From: an uncultured delta proteobacterium
Lineage (GTDB): Bacteria; Myxococcota_A; Polyangia; Polyangiales; Houyiibacteriaceae
NCBI GenBank assembly: GCA_963699755.1
Contig: CAVOVB010000002.1
Coordinates: 512,001 to 576,000, forward strand
Reading direction: 5' to 3'
DNA length: 64,000 nucleotides
In this document: one piece after another, positions 9,945-20,226 of the stretch
Layout: every line of letters starts with the position of its first letter
How positions within the stretch are numbered: position 1 is the stretch's first letter
Position numbers and translations under genes: made by a program
The notes under the pieces: model-generated
Database searches by the model: none
Seen by the model: the letters and a program-made list of their open reading frames with translations, nothing else
What the model was told of the DNA's origin: nothing

Positions 9945-10520
9945 ATGAGAACGCTTACGAGAAGCTTCGCGCAGGGGCTCCTGGTCCTTGCACCGGTCGC
10001 CATCACCATCTGGGTCGTCGTGTTCGTCGTGACGACGCTCGACAGCTGGCTCAACACTCGGATTCCGGGGCTCGGGATCATGATCGCCGCCGCTGGGATC
10101 ACGCTGATCGGCTATCTGGCCGGGAATGTGGTTGGAGACAGGCTGATCTCGCGCTTGGAGGCGGGCATGCGACGTGTGCCGCTCGTTCGGATTCTCTACA
10201 ACTCGCTCAGAGATCTGTTCGGCGCGTTCGTCGGAAGCAAGCGCAAGTTCGATAAGCCGGTCGCGGTCGAGGTCAACCGACACGGACTCAAGGTGCTCGG
10301 CTTTCTCACCAACGAGCGCTTCGACGACCCGCATCTAGCAGGACACGTCTCGGTGTACCTGCCGGAGTCCTATAACTTCGCAGGTAACTTGATCGTCGTC
10401 CCGCGAGAACGCGTGCACCTGCTCGACGCCGACGGCGCGGAGTTCATGGCGTTCATCGTGTCGGGTGGCGTGACCGAGATGAATGCCGCGAAGACGGTGG
10501 TCGACGGCCAGACGGTGTGA
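9945..10520 (+). CDS. DUF502-family membrane protein
   Basis: GLLVLAPVAITIW, RVPLVRILY and FIVSGG patterns. Confidence 0.85.
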   Translation: MRTLTRSFAQGLLVLAPVAITIWVVVFVVTTLDSWLNTRIPGLGIMIAAAGITLIGYLAGNVVGDRLISRLEAGMRRVPLVRILYNSLRDLFGAFVGSKRKFDKPVAVEVNRHGLKVLGFLTNERFDDPHLAGHVSVYLPESYNFAGNLIVVPRERVHLLDADGAEFMAFIVSGGVTEMNAAKTVVDGQTV

Positions 10521-10611
10521 CGATGGCGCTTGCACCGCGCAGAGACGCCGCCTCGCACCGTCCACGGGGCTTCGCTGGCGCTCGCGCTGATTGAGGATAT
10601 CCTCCAACCCC

Positions 10612-11076
10612 ATGCCAGAAACCATTTTCGAATCGCCCCACGACCTCAAAGGCGCTATCGGCAGGCACCTCGGCTACAGCGCCTGGATGACGATGGAGCA
10701 GGACCGCGTTGACAAGTTCGCGGACGCGACCAACGACCACCAGTGGATTCACGTCGACGTGGAGCGGGCCAAGACGGGGCCGTTCGGTGCGACGATCGCG
10801 CACGGTTATCTGACCCTTTCTCTCGTGAGCTCCTTCATGCCTGAGATCTTCGAGGTGCGCGGCTTCGAGTTCGCAGTGAACTACGGCACCAACAAGGTGC
10901 GCTTCCCGGCCCCGGTGAAGGTCGGTCAACGAATTCGCGGAGGCGCAGAGGTCCTCTCCGTCGAAGAGTCGAAAGGTGGCATCCTTTCAGTGGTTCGCGT
11001 GACCGTCGAAATCGAGGACGAAGACCGACCTGCCTGCATCGCAGAGACCGTGAGCCTCTACTTCCCGAAGAAGTAG
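10612..11076 (+). CDS. MaoC-family (R)-specific enoyl-CoA hydratase
   Basis: FADATNDHQWIHVD..GPFGATIAHG and NYGTNKVRFPAPV. Confidence 0.92.
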   Translation: MPETIFESPHDLKGAIGRHLGYSAWMTMEQDRVDKFADATNDHQWIHVDVERAKTGPFGATIAHGYLTLSLVSSFMPEIFEVRGFEFAVNYGTNKVRFPAPVKVGQRIRGGAEVLSVEESKGGILSVVRVTVEIEDEDRPACIAETVSLYFPKK

Positions 11077-11226
11077 AGATGAAAAACGACGCCCCGACGC
11101 TCAGTGGCCGCTGAAACTCGGCACTCGACGGACTCCTTTTTCCTTTGCAGGTCGAAAAGATGTTACAAAAGGGGCCGCTCGCAGGCACTTTGCTGTCCTG
11201 CACAAGGGGAACGGGAGGAGAGCTCT

Positions 11227-12921
11227 ATGGAGACGAATCGCCCAAGGAGGCTGAACCGGGGTTGGGTTGGAATGTTGGCGGCTTTGGCGATGGTGATTTC
11301 GTCAAACGCAGCGGCGCAGCTGCCGCAGCAGATCGACCTCAATCAGTTCCGACCGGCGGAGCTCGCGACGGACGGCTTTGCGTCCAGCACGCCCGACGGC
11401 CAAGGCCATGCGCGCTTCGGCTTCCAGGTCTGGCTCGACTACTCCGACGATCCGCTCAGAGTCAATGGTACGGAAATCGTGCACCAACAGTTGACTGGTC
11501 ACCTGATGCTGAGCCTGGGCCTCGCGGATCACATCGTGATCTTCGCGGACATGCCCTACCACTTCATGATCAAGGATCCGACCAACAGCGGCGCCTTCAA
11601 GAAATCAAACCTGGGCGACCTCTACTTCGGTGGGCGATTCAACTTCTTGGGCACCCGAGACGATGTCTTCCAGATCGGCGCCCAAGCTACGCTCACGATC
11701 AACACCGCTTCGTTGGCCAGCAGTGATCAGTCCTTCGCGGGACAAGCCGACCAGAAGCCCTACCTGGGGGGCTGGTTCGAGCTCCTTCTCAACTTCAACG
11801 CGGGCGACTACGTTCGAATCCCGATCCAGGCAGGCTACAAGATCGGGCCTGAGCGTGGGGGTCCTGCACTATTCGTCGGAAACGAGTTCACCTATGGAGG
11901 CGGTGTCTTGCTCATGCTGGGGGACGACCATTTCATGATCTCGGCTGAAGCCTTCGGACGAACCGCCGCGAATCCCACCGTGAAGATGTGGTCGAAGAAC
12001 GAGACACCAGTAGAGGTCCTCGGTGGCTTCAAATGGCTCCCGGACTTTGGGTTCACGCTCGGCGTGGGCGGCAGCGCGGGGGTCACGGCCGGCTACGGGG
12101 CGCCAGATTGGCGCGTCTTTGCCATGCTTGGCTACACGATGCCAGCCGAGGAGAAGGCGCCGGACGCCGACGGAGACGGAATCCCGGACGAGCTCGATCA
12201 GTGCCCGAACGAGGCAGAGGATGAGGACGGCTTCCAAGACGACGACGGTTGCCCGGACCTGGACAACGACGGAGATGGCGTTTCCGACCTCGACGACAAA
12301 TGTCCGGGCCAAGCCGAAGACATCGACGGCTTCGAGGACCAAGACGGCTGTCCCGATCCGGACAATGATGGCGACGGCATTCTCGATGCCGACGACCAGT
12401 GTCCGAACGAGGCCGGCGCACCGGAGAACAACGGCTGTCCCGACCCGGATCGCGATGGCGACGGCGTCCCCGATCGCATCGACAACTGCCCAGACGACCC
12501 CGGTACTCCGGAGAACCAAGGCTGCCAGGCAAAGCAGCTCGTCGTCATCGGGGCGGGCCAACTCGAGATTCTCGAGAAGGTCTACTTCAAGACGGGTAGC
12601 GCCAAGCTCCAGAAGCGTTCTTGGGCGCTGCTCGACAACGTCGCCGCGGTCCTGATCGCCCACCCAGAGATCAAGAAGATCCGCGTGGAGGGTCATACGG
12701 ACAGGACGGGCAGCCTCAAGTACAATATGATCCTGTCGAAGAAGCGCGCCGACACGGTGGTTCGCTACCTCGTCGGTAGAGGTCACGTCAGCAGGTCGCG
12801 ACTGGTCGCACAGGGCTTCGGACCGAAGAAGCCGCTGGTGCCGAACGCAGAGACGAAGGAAGAGCAGGCGATGAACCGCCGCGTCGAGTTCCACATCGTC
12901 AATAAGGCAGAGAAGGACTAG
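11227..12921 (+). CDS. Outer-membrane protein with beta-barrel, thrombospondin type 3 repeats and OmpA-like peptidoglycan-binding domain (TraB-like architecture)
   Basis: Signal peptide; amphipathic beta-strands; repeated DxDxDGxxDxxDxCP; EGHTD and NRRVEF OmpA motifs; GGAGGAG upstream of ATG 11227. Confidence 0.9.
   Translation: METNRPRRLNRGWVGMLAALAMVISSNAAAQLPQQIDLNQFRPAELATDGFASSTPDGQGHARFGFQVWLDYSDDPLRVNGTEIVHQQLTGHLMLSLGLADHIVIFADMPYHFMIKDPTNSGAFKKSNLGDLYFGGRFNFLGTRDDVFQIGAQATLTINTASLASSDQSFAGQADQKPYLGGWFELLLNFNAGDYVRIPIQAGYKIGPERGGPALFVGNEFTYGGGVLLMLGDDHFMISAEAFGRTAANPTVKMWSKNETPVEVLGGFKWLPDFGFTLGVGGSAGVTAGYGAPDWRVFAMLGYTMPAEEKAPDADGDGIPDELDQCPNEAEDEDGFQDDDGCPDLDNDGDGVSDLDDKCPGQAEDIDGFEDQDGCPDPDNDGDGILDADDQCPNEAGAPENNGCPDPDRDGDGVPDRIDNCPDDPGTPENQGCQAKQLVVIGAGQLEILEKVYFKTGSAKLQKRSWALLDNVAAVLIAHPEIKKIRVEGHTDRTGSLKYNMILSKKRADTVVRYLVGRGHVSRSRLVAQGFGPKKPLVPNAETKEEQAMNRRVEFHIVNKAEKD
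12163..12530 (+). repeat. Coding tandem TSP3 Ca-binding repeats
   Basis: Four DxDxDGxxDxxDxCP units separated by EDxDGFxDxDGCPD or NGCPD linkers. Confidence 0.85.
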
Positions 12922-12943
12922 CCTCTTACGGCAAGACAGATAG

Positions 12944-12980
12944 CGGGCTCCGAGCGAAAGTTCGGGGCCCGTTTCGTTTC
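12944..12980 (+). terminator. Intrinsic terminator after the OmpA/TSP3 gene
   Basis: Stem CGGGCTCCGAGC, GAAA loop, GTTCGGGGCCCG, followed by TTTCGTTT. Confidence 0.8.
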
Positions 12981-13145
12981 AGCGGACTTCGGTGAACAAG
13001 ACTTCAGGGCGACGCCGTCAGAAAGCAAGCTCCGGAATCGCGAACCCGCGCTTCCTACCCCGTCGCCCCCACCGAGCGCCTGAGCCGAGCCTTTCGACGG
13101 AGCCCCATGGAGCGCTTCTTCCGCGCCCCGGTTCTTCAATCGACT

Positions 13146-14375
13146 TCACGTGGCCGCGGACTTGGCCGGCTCTCTAACCAGCGAGAACGAATCGGAGAAC
13201 GTGCGTAGCAGGTCGAGCGCCATGTCCATGTCCTCGTAACTGTGACCGCGGGTCACGTTCAAGCGGAGGCGCTCTTCGCCTTCCTTCACCGCGGGATACA
13301 TGATCGGAACCATCAGCACGCCGTTCTCCAGCAAAGCCACGTGTGTGAACATCGCCCTGGTTTCATCACGGATCATGATGGGCATGATGTGGCTGTTGCT
13401 CTCGCCGAGGTCAAAGCCGATCTCGGTCAGGCCCTTGCGCATGTAGTCGGCTTTCTCGTGAAGCTCCTGGACCAAGGCCTCTCCGTCGGTCTCGAGCATG
13501 TCGAGGATCGCGCTGGCGGCAGCAACGATCGGAACGGGAAGCGAAGCGCTGAATAGAAACGAGCGCGCGGTGTGCTTGACGAAATCGACAACGTCGGCCT
13601 CACCGAGCAGAATCCCGCCAATGCCGCCAAAGGTCTTCGAGAAAGTACTGATGACCACGGGGATTTGTCCTTCGAGCCCGTACTTTTCGATGATGCCGCG
13701 GCCACTCCTGCCGAGCGTGCCGGTGCCATGCGCGTCATCACAAACGATCGCGACATTCTCATGCTGAGCGCAGACTTCGATGAACTCCTGAATCTTGGCC
13801 TCATCGCCATCGAGCGAGTAGATACCTTCGATTAAGACCAGCGCGTTTTTGCGGTCTCGTTTTCGCAGAACGCGATCGAGAGCCTTGGCGCTGTTGTGAT
13901 TGAAGAATCGAACCTCGGGCGCGCGCAGAGGTGTCCCGGCCGCCATGAATGTGCCATCGAGGATGCAGGCGTGGCTCAGGTTATCCAGAACGACTGTGGT
14001 GTCCTTGTCGGAGAGCGACATGATCGTGCCGACCATCGCTTGATAGCCGGTCGTGAAGATCAGCGACTTCTCGAAGCCGAACCAGGCGGCCAGGCGCTCC
14101 TCGAGCTCGACGTGCAGCGTCGTGGTAGCCTGCACACGTGATGAGCTGAGCCCGCAGGCGAACTGATCGATCACGGCCTTGGCAGCCTCTTTGACCTTCG
14201 GATGGTTGGTTAGGCCGAGGTAGTCGTTGGAGCTGAAGTTGACGATCGGCTTCCCGTCGATCGTGGTGTGCAGCCCGCCCGACTCGAACGGGCGGAAATA
14301 TGGATAGATCTTCTTGGCTTGCGCGTCGCGCACGCGCGCCAACTCGCTGTGCGCTTTTTCGGAAATCCAGCTCAT
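13146..14375 (-). CDS. Alpha-oxoamine synthase (class II PLP enzyme), serine palmitoyltransferase-like; BioF is the alternative
   Basis: IYPYFR N-terminus, SNDYLGLTNHP, SHAC, DDAHG, STFSKTFG (PLP Lys), FSASLP, RLRL; likely start ATG 14375. Confidence 0.8.
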   Translation of the reverse strand: MSWISEKAHSELARVRDAQAKKIYPYFRPFESGGLHTTIDGKPIVNFSSNDYLGLTNHPKVKEAAKAVIDQFACGLSSSRVQATTTLHVELEERLAAWFGFEKSLIFTTGYQAMVGTIMSLSDKDTTVVLDNLSHACILDGTFMAAGTPLRAPEVRFFNHNSAKALDRVLRKRDRKNALVLIEGIYSLDGDEAKIQEFIEVCAQHENVAIVCDDAHGTGTLGRSGRGIIEKYGLEGQIPVVISTFSKTFGGIGGILLGEADVVDFVKHTARSFLFSASLPVPIVAAASAILDMLETDGEALVQELHEKADYMRKGLTEIGFDLGESNSHIMPIMIRDETRAMFTHVALLENGVLMVPIMYPAVKEGEERLRLNVTRGHSYEDMDMALDLLRTFSDSFSLVREPAKSAAT

Positions 14376-14455
14376 TTGACCTGCGGCCCCTAAGGTACCG
14401 TAATTTCCGGTGTATACCACATTCGAAACAGGCCAATCGGCCAGTTTTCACGACC

Positions 14456-14484
14456 TTGACGCTGTCCGTGAACGCACGCATAAA
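14456..14484 (+). promoter_or_regulatory. Putative sigma70 promoter for the ACP gene (probably leaderless)
   Basis: TTGACG, 17 bp, CATAAA ending 8 nt before ATG 14493; no SD. Confidence 0.4.
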
Positions 14485-14492
14485 CGGGCGGC

Positions 14493-14732
14493 ATGTCGGA
14501 CAAGCTGATAGAAGCGCTGAGGCAGATCATCACAGAGGTGACGGAAGTCGAGGAGATCCCCGAGGATACGCCCTTCGCGGACTTGGGAATCGACAGCATG
14601 ATGGCGATTGAAATCGTCGCAGATGTCGAGAAAGATTACGAGATCACCATCGAGGAAGACGAGCTCAGCGAGCTGACGAACCTAAGAGCAGTCTATGACA
14701 AGGTTAGAGAGAAGCTCGCCGCCGCCAGCTGA
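14493..14732 (+). CDS. Acyl carrier protein
   Basis: Acidic 79-aa protein with the phosphopantetheine site DLGIDSM. Confidence 0.93.
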   Translation: MSDKLIEALRQIITEVTEVEEIPEDTPFADLGIDSMMAIEIVADVEKDYEITIEEDELSELTNLRAVYDKVREKLAAAS

Positions 14733-14744
14733 TCGCTACTAGTC

Positions 14745-15638
14745 TTACTTCGCGCGTCCGAAGATCTTGGAGCCGGGTGGCACCGACTGAGTCAGCCAAA
14801 CGTTGCCCCCGATGACAGAACCCTTGCCGATGACGGTGTCGCCGCCGTGGATGGATGCGCCAGCGTAGATCGTCACGTCGTCCTCGATCGTTGGGTGCCG
14901 CTTCGTCGCATGGCATCCGCGTGCCTCATCCCAAGAGACGCTGAGCGCGCCCAGGGTCACGCCCTGGTAGAGCTTCACGTTGCGGCCGATGACCGCGGTC
15001 GCGCCGATGACTACCCCAGTGCCGTGGTCGATGAAAAAGCTTTCACCGATCTGCGCGCAGGGGTTGATGTCGATTCCAGATTTGCTGTGTGCATGCTCGG
15101 TGATGATTCGAGGGATCATGGGAACGTTGGACATGCACAGCTCATGTGCGACGCGATACGCGGTGATGGCCTGGACGCTTGGGTAGCTGAAGATCACTTC
15201 TTCGATGCTGGAGGCAGCTGGATCGCCGTCGTACGCCGCAAGGACGTCGGTGTTCAGAATACGCCGTAGCTCGGGAATCTTTTGGAAGAGGCGCAAGACG
15301 ACGTCTTCGCTCCAGCCCTCGGCCTTCTTCTCGGAGACCTGACCCATGCGCTCTTGGTAGCGAATCGCACGATCGATCTGCTCGACCAGGATGTCTTGGG
15401 CTGGATACAGGTGCTCACTGATCGCGTAACGAAGATTGGTTCGGTTCAGGGCGCGCGTGGTGTAGAAACCCATGTAGAGCACGGGGGTGATGTGATCGAA
15501 GGCCATGATGACCGCACGCTTATTCGGAAGAGCGGCACTATCGAGGTTATTGATCTCTTCGTCGCCGTCGTAGGATGAGGCAATCAGGTCGATCACGTCC
15601 TCGAGATCCTGGTGGCGCTTGGGTTCTCTTCCGCTCAT
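14745..15638 (-). CDS. cysE: Serine O-acetyltransferase (EpsC/CysE type)
   Basis: GDPAA, FFIDHGTGVVIG, YQGVTLGA and KRHPTI hexapeptide motifs. Confidence 0.93.
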   Translation of the reverse strand: MSGREPKRHQDLEDVIDLIASSYDGDEEINNLDSAALPNKRAVIMAFDHITPVLYMGFYTTRALNRTNLRYAISEHLYPAQDILVEQIDRAIRYQERMGQVSEKKAEGWSEDVVLRLFQKIPELRRILNTDVLAAYDGDPAASSIEEVIFSYPSVQAITAYRVAHELCMSNVPMIPRIITEHAHSKSGIDINPCAQIGESFFIDHGTGVVIGATAVIGRNVKLYQGVTLGALSVSWDEARGCHATKRHPTIEDDVTIYAGASIHGGDTVIGKGSVIGGNVWLTQSVPPGSKIFGRAK

Positions 15639-15687
15639 GGCTGCTCTATGTGTAGCACGCGCGGCAGGTCAACCGCGAAATCCAAGG

Positions 15688-16668
15688 TCAGGCGTCTAGC
15701 CAGCCACGCTCCCGATACCAGGCGACGGCATCCCCGAGCGACTCGCGCAGCGAACGAACCGAATAGCCCAGCTCACGCTGTGCCTTGGCGTGCGATACCA
15801 CTTCGTTGGAGACGCTGGCCCGTAGCATGTCGGCCGTGATGAAGGGGTCTCTCTTGCTCACCGCACTACCAAGGAGAGCAAACGGCAGAAGGAGCCAACC
15901 TACCCACAAGGGCAGCGCGCGCGTCGGGACCTTGGCGCCGGTGAGCTCCCCGTAAAGAGACACCATCTGCATGATGGGGATGACATCGCCGGTCAGAAAG
16001 TAGCGCTCGCCACGCCTTCCTTTTTCGGATGCCGCGATCATGCCCTCGGCGACATCGCGGACGTCGACATAGTCGCTCAAGAGCTCGAGCAAGACGGGTA
16101 CACGACCGAAGTACATGTCGATGAGTGCAGCTCCAATCATGGATGGCCCGTAGTCGTACGGCCCAATCATCGAACCAGGGTTGACGATGACGGCGTCGAG
16201 GCCCCGATCACAAGCGTCGAGCACGATCGTTTCGCCGATGGCCTTGGAGCGGTGGTATTCGCACTTCTCGTCGAGAGCCAGGGGCTTCTCTTCGGTCAGC
16301 GGCTGGTCGAGCGGCTCCCGCACGACCGCGTGATGCGAGCTCGTGTGTACCAACCTGAGCTTCCGCGAAAGACAGGCATCGACGACATTTCGGGTCCCGT
16401 CGACGTTGATACTGTACATCATTGGGTCTTTCCTGGGGCTGAGGTCAATCTTCGCAGCGAGGTGATAGACGACGTCCACTCCATCGACGGCCTTGGCCAC
16501 ATCCGCTGCATCGAGGACCGAGCCCGAGACGAAGTCGATGTCGAGGCCATGCAGCGACTCGGGCAAGCTCCCCGGCTCCAGAACCCGCACCTTCTGGCCG
16601 AGCTCGAGAAGTCGCCGAACCAGAACGTTGCCTAGACGGCCGCCACCACCGGTTACCAGCGCAATCAC
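15688..16668 (-). CDS. Extended SDR / NAD-dependent epimerase-dehydratase (DFR/3-beta-HSD-like)
   Basis: [16 protein letters not shown] and catalytic YHRSK; start overlaps the pgm stop (GTGA). Confidence 0.9.
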   Translation of the reverse strand: MIALVTGGGGRLGNVLVRRLLELGQKVRVLEPGSLPESLHGLDIDFVSGSVLDAADVAKAVDGVDVVYHLAAKIDLSPRKDPMMYSINVDGTRNVVDACLSRKLRLVHTSSHHAVVREPLDQPLTEEKPLALDEKCEYHRSKAIGETIVLDACDRGLDAVIVNPGSMIGPYDYGPSMIGAALIDMYFGRVPVLLELLSDYVDVRDVAEGMIAASEKGRRGERYFLTGDVIPIMQMVSLYGELTGAKVPTRALPLWVGWLLLPFALLGSAVSKRDPFITADMLRASVSNEVVSHAKAQRELGYSVRSLRESLGDAVAWYRERGWLDA

Positions 16669-18311
16669 TTGGCGTTCTTTTCGAATACGCGACCGATGAG
16701 CTCCTGGGCTTCCTTTTGAATCGCCGAAAGGTGCTCTCGGCCGACGAAGCTCTCCGCATAGATCTTGTAGACGTCCTCGGTGCCCGACGGCCGGGCAGCA
16801 AACCAGCCGTTCTCGGTAGTGACCTTCAGCCCGCCAATAGGGGCGTCGTTTTCCGGCGCCCTGGTCAGCACCTGCACAATCGGCTCGCCAGCGAGCACCT
16901 CTGCGTCGAGATCTGACTCGCTCATCGCTTTGAGGGCGGCCTTCTGCTCGGAGGTCGCCGGTGCATCAATGCGCTCATACACGGGCGCGCCGAACTGCCT
17001 CGTGAGGCTCTGGTAACACTCGCCGGGGTCTTGGCCGGTCGTGGCGGTAATCTCCGCGGCGAGGAGGTTCAGGAGAATGCCGTCCTTGTCGGTGGTCCAA
17101 ACGCTCCCGTCTTTGCGTAGAAACGAGGCGCCTGCGCTTTCTTCTCCGCCGAAGCCGTACGAGCCGTCGAGCAAGCCTTGAACGAACCACTTGAAGCCGA
17201 CGGGTACCTCGGCCAGCCGGCGGCGCAGGTCCTTGGCCACGCGGTCGATCATGGCGCTGCTCACGAGGGTCTTGCCAATCGCCGCGCGCGCGTCCCAGTC
17301 GCGCTCGGTGAAGAGATAGCTAATCGCCACGCTGAGGTAGTGATTCGGATTGAGGAGCCCCCAGCTGCCCGTGACGATGCCGTGGCGATCGAAGTCCGTG
17401 TCGTTCCCAAAGGCGATGTCATACTGATTTCGAAGATTGACCAGGCCGGCCATCGCGTAGGGCGAGGAGCAATCCATACGGATTTTCCCGTCACGATCGA
17501 GTCTCATGAACGAAAAGGTGGGGTCGATGACGTCGTTGACGATGTCGAGCCGCAGGTCGTAGTGCTCGGCGATGCGAGGCCAAAACGCGATGCCGGCGCC
17601 ACCCATGGGGTCGACGCCGATCCGAAGGCCTGCGCTCGAGATCGCCCGCATGTCGATGACTGTGTCGAGGGCTTCGACATAGGGTGTGATGAAATCGTGA
17701 AGATGCGTCGTCTCGGCTTGAAGCGCGGCCTGGTATGACACTCGGCGCACATCCTTCAGGCCGGCAGCCAGGAGCCGATTCGCTCGGCGTTCAATCCACG
17801 AGGTCACTTCGGTATCCGCAGGGCCACCGTTCGGTGGGTTGTACTTGAAGCCACCGTCTTCCGGCGGATTGTGCGATGGTGTCACGACGATGCCGTCGCC
17901 GTCGCGCGAGCTGTTTCGGTTATGCTCGAGAATGGCAAACGAGATAGCGGGGGTTGGCGTGAAGTGCCCCTCCGGTGCCGTACAGGTCTCGACTCCATTC
18001 GCCGCCAAGACCTGGAGTGCGGTTTTGGTGGCCGGCGCGGAGAGCGCGTGCGTATCGGCGCCGATGTAGAGCGGCCCGTCGATCCCCTCAGCCGATCGGT
18101 AGTCACAGATCGCCTGCGTCGTGGCGAGGATATGATCCTCGTTGAAGCTCAGGCGGAACGACGACCCTCGGTGCCCGGAGGTGCCGAAGCTGACGAGCTG
18201 GCCTGGATCATCAGGATCAGGCTTAGCGTCGTAATAGGCGGCAATGAGCTTCTCGACGTCGACGAGAACATCGGACGGCGCTGGCTGACCAGCGAGCGGA
18301 TGCGGGTTCAT
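16665..18311 (-). CDS. pgm: Phosphoglucomutase
   Basis: [26 protein letters not shown] and RPSGTE. Confidence 0.97.
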   Translation of the reverse strand: MNPHPLAGQPAPSDVLVDVEKLIAAYYDAKPDPDDPGQLVSFGTSGHRGSSFRLSFNEDHILATTQAICDYRSAEGIDGPLYIGADTHALSAPATKTALQVLAANGVETCTAPEGHFTPTPAISFAILEHNRNSSRDGDGIVVTPSHNPPEDGGFKYNPPNGGPADTEVTSWIERRANRLLAAGLKDVRRVSYQAALQAETTHLHDFITPYVEALDTVIDMRAISSAGLRIGVDPMGGAGIAFWPRIAEHYDLRLDIVNDVIDPTFSFMRLDRDGKIRMDCSSPYAMAGLVNLRNQYDIAFGNDTDFDRHGIVTGSWGLLNPNHYLSVAISYLFTERDWDARAAIGKTLVSSAMIDRVAKDLRRRLAEVPVGFKWFVQGLLDGSYGFGGEESAGASFLRKDGSVWTTDKDGILLNLLAAEITATTGQDPGECYQSLTRQFGAPVYERIDAPATSEQKAALKAMSESDLDAEVLAGEPIVQVLTRAPENDAPIGGLKVTTENGWFAARPSGTEDVYKIYAESFVGREHLSAIQKEAQELIGRVFEKNAK

Positions 18312-18343
18312 CGTTGGGCTTTTAGCAGCCAGGTGAGCTGGGG

Positions 18344-18820
18344 CTAGGCCCCGGCGTCCATCTGCTCGGCCAAATAGCGCTCTTTTCCGATCATCTCGAC
18401 GAGGTTGAGCTGCGCTTCCAGCCAGTCGATGCCCTCTTCCTCTTGCTGGAGGATCATTTCAAGGAGCTCACGGGTCCCGTTGTCACCCTTCTCGCGACAA
18501 ACGGCGATGCCAGCGTTCAGGCGCTCGACGGCATCGTATTCGACTTGGAGGTCGAGGCGGTGCTGCTCGATCGCGTCTTCGCCAACCTTGACTGGGAAGT
18601 AGCGCTGCATGTTGGGGACACCGTCGAGGAACAGGATGCGCGCGATCACGATGTCGGCGTGCTTCATCTCGTCGATCGACTCCTCCTTCTTCTTCTGGGC
18701 GAGCTTTTGGAGACCCCAGTCCTCGCACATCTTCGAGTGAATGAAGTACTGATTGATGGCGGTCAGCTCGGAGGTGAGGACCTCGTTGAGCACCTCGATG
18801 ACTTCTTTGTTGCCCTTCAT
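18344..18820 (-). CDS. bfr: Bacterioferritin
   Basis: MKG start; E18, E51, M52, H54, E94 and E127 present; position 130 is Gly instead of His. Confidence 0.95.
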   Translation of the reverse strand: MKGNKEVIEVLNEVLTSELTAINQYFIHSKMCEDWGLQKLAQKKKEESIDEMKHADIVIARILFLDGVPNMQRYFPVKVGEDAIEQHRLDLQVEYDAVERLNAGIAVCREKGDNGTRELLEMILQQEEEGIDWLEAQLNLVEMIGKERYLAEQMDAGA

Positions 18821-18907
18821 TGAACTTCCTTCACGCGAGCATAAAGACCAGGATCGCCCGTGGCAATGCAGAGAGTCTGAACTTGAAAGGCGTTATCAGC
18901 GGCGCCG

Positions 18908-19108
18908 CTAGCCCCGCGCGCCGCTCGAGTCGATTCCACTCCGCGTGCGGTGGTGAAGCTCGATCAAGCGGTCGATCACCGGCCGGCAACCGCCGCAACC
19001 GCTGCCCGCGCCGCAGGCCTTGCGGACTTCGTGCTCACTCCGTGCACCATCACTGACGCACTGGCGAATCATCCGGTCGTTGACTGCGTGACAGTGGCAC
19101 ACCAGCAT
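18908..19108 (-). CDS. bfd: Bacterioferritin-associated [2Fe-2S] ferredoxin
   Basis: VCHC...GCGGC; directly upstream of bfr. Confidence 0.92.
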   Translation of the reverse strand: MLVCHCHAVNDRMIRQCVSDGARSEHEVRKACGAGSGCGGCRPVIDRLIELHHRTRSGIDSSGARG

Positions 19109-19131
19109 CCCTTCTTTATACCTGCTGGAAG

Positions 19132-19148
19132 TTGCAAATCAAATTCAA
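19132..19148. promoter_or_regulatory. Fur-like iron-responsive operator upstream of bfd-bfr
   Basis: AT-rich imperfect inverted repeat TTGCAAATCAAATTCAA, 14/17 match to TTGAAAATCATTTTCAA, about 25 bp upstream of the bfd start. Confidence 0.6.
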
Positions 19149-19190
19149 TAGTCACTAGCCCTGAAACATCAATGATTTCGAGGCAATGCC

Positions 19191-20165
19191 CTACTCCGCA
19201 AGGTCGGAGGCCGGCTCTAGCGGGGAGAGGCCGGCATCGCGCAAGAGGTCGAGGTCAGCGTCGTGGTCTGGGTTGCCGGTCGTCAAGAGCTTATCGCCGA
19301 AAAAAACACTGTTTGCGCCCGCCACGAAGCAGAGGAGCTGCGCCTCTCGGCTGAGCGAGGCGCGACCTGCGGAAAGCCGGACGCGGGCGCCGGGAACCAT
19401 GATGCGCGCCGTGGCGCAGATCCGAACGAGCTCGAGTGGGTCGACGGGCTTCCGATGGCTCAACGGCGTGCCGGGCACGGCCACCAGAGCATTCACCGGC
19501 ACGCTTTCGGGCTGCGGGGAGAGGTTGGCGAGCGTCACCAGCATGCCGATGCGATCGTCGATGCTCTCGCCCATGCCGATGATACCCCCAGCACAGACGG
19601 AAATCCCAGCCGCGGCGACGCGCGCGATGGTGTCGAGGCGGTCTTTGTAGGTGCGGGTCGTGATGATTTCGCCGTAGTACTCCTCGGAGGTGTCGAGGTT
19701 GTGATTGTAGGCGGTGAGGCCGGCGTCCTTGAGCTCCTGGGTTTGTTCGTCGTCGAGCATCCCCAAGGTGACGCAGGCTTCCATTCCGAGCTCACGAACC
19801 CCGCGAACCATCTCCAGGACCTGCTGAAACTGCCGACTCCCTTTCTTCGGGCTCCGCCATGCCGCGCCCATGCAAAAACGGCTGGCGCCAGCGTCTTTGG
19901 CCTCGCGCGCCTTGCGCAGGACGTCGCTGACGTCCATCAACCGCTCGGCCTCGACGCCCGTGTCGTACTTCGAGCTTTGCGGGCAATACGAGCAGTCTTC
20001 TTGGCACGCTCCGGTCTTGATCGACAGGAGCGAGCAGAGCTGAACCGAGTCATGTGGCTGCGTCACGCGATGAATCCCCTGGGCGCGAAACAGCAAATCG
20101 GTCAGGGGCAGATCGTGAAGCGCCCGGGCCTCTTCTCTTGTCCAGTCGTTGCGGACGGCGGTCAT
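19191..20165 (-). CDS. bioB: Biotin synthase
   Basis: [17 protein letters not shown] radical SAM motif, [15 protein letters not shown] and RLSAGR; likely start ATG 20165. Confidence 0.96.
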   Translation of the reverse strand: MTAVRNDWTREEARALHDLPLTDLLFRAQGIHRVTQPHDSVQLCSLLSIKTGACQEDCSYCPQSSKYDTGVEAERLMDVSDVLRKAREAKDAGASRFCMGAAWRSPKKGSRQFQQVLEMVRGVRELGMEACVTLGMLDDEQTQELKDAGLTAYNHNLDTSEEYYGEIITTRTYKDRLDTIARVAAAGISVCAGGIIGMGESIDDRIGMLVTLANLSPQPESVPVNALVAVPGTPLSHRKPVDPLELVRICATARIMVPGARVRLSAGRASLSREAQLLCFVAGANSVFFGDKLLTTGNPDHDADLDLLRDAGLSPLEPASDLAE

Positions 20166-20226
20166 CTGGCATGGTTTAGCAGAGAGCCTTGAATACGCTA
20201 GATTGCCCGCGTAGGGTCCCTGAACC

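Noticed and set aside
12163..12530. Regularly spaced repeats that might suggest a CRISPR array
   Set aside because: The repeats are degenerate at third codon positions and encode TSP3 motifs in frame; no cas genes are present.
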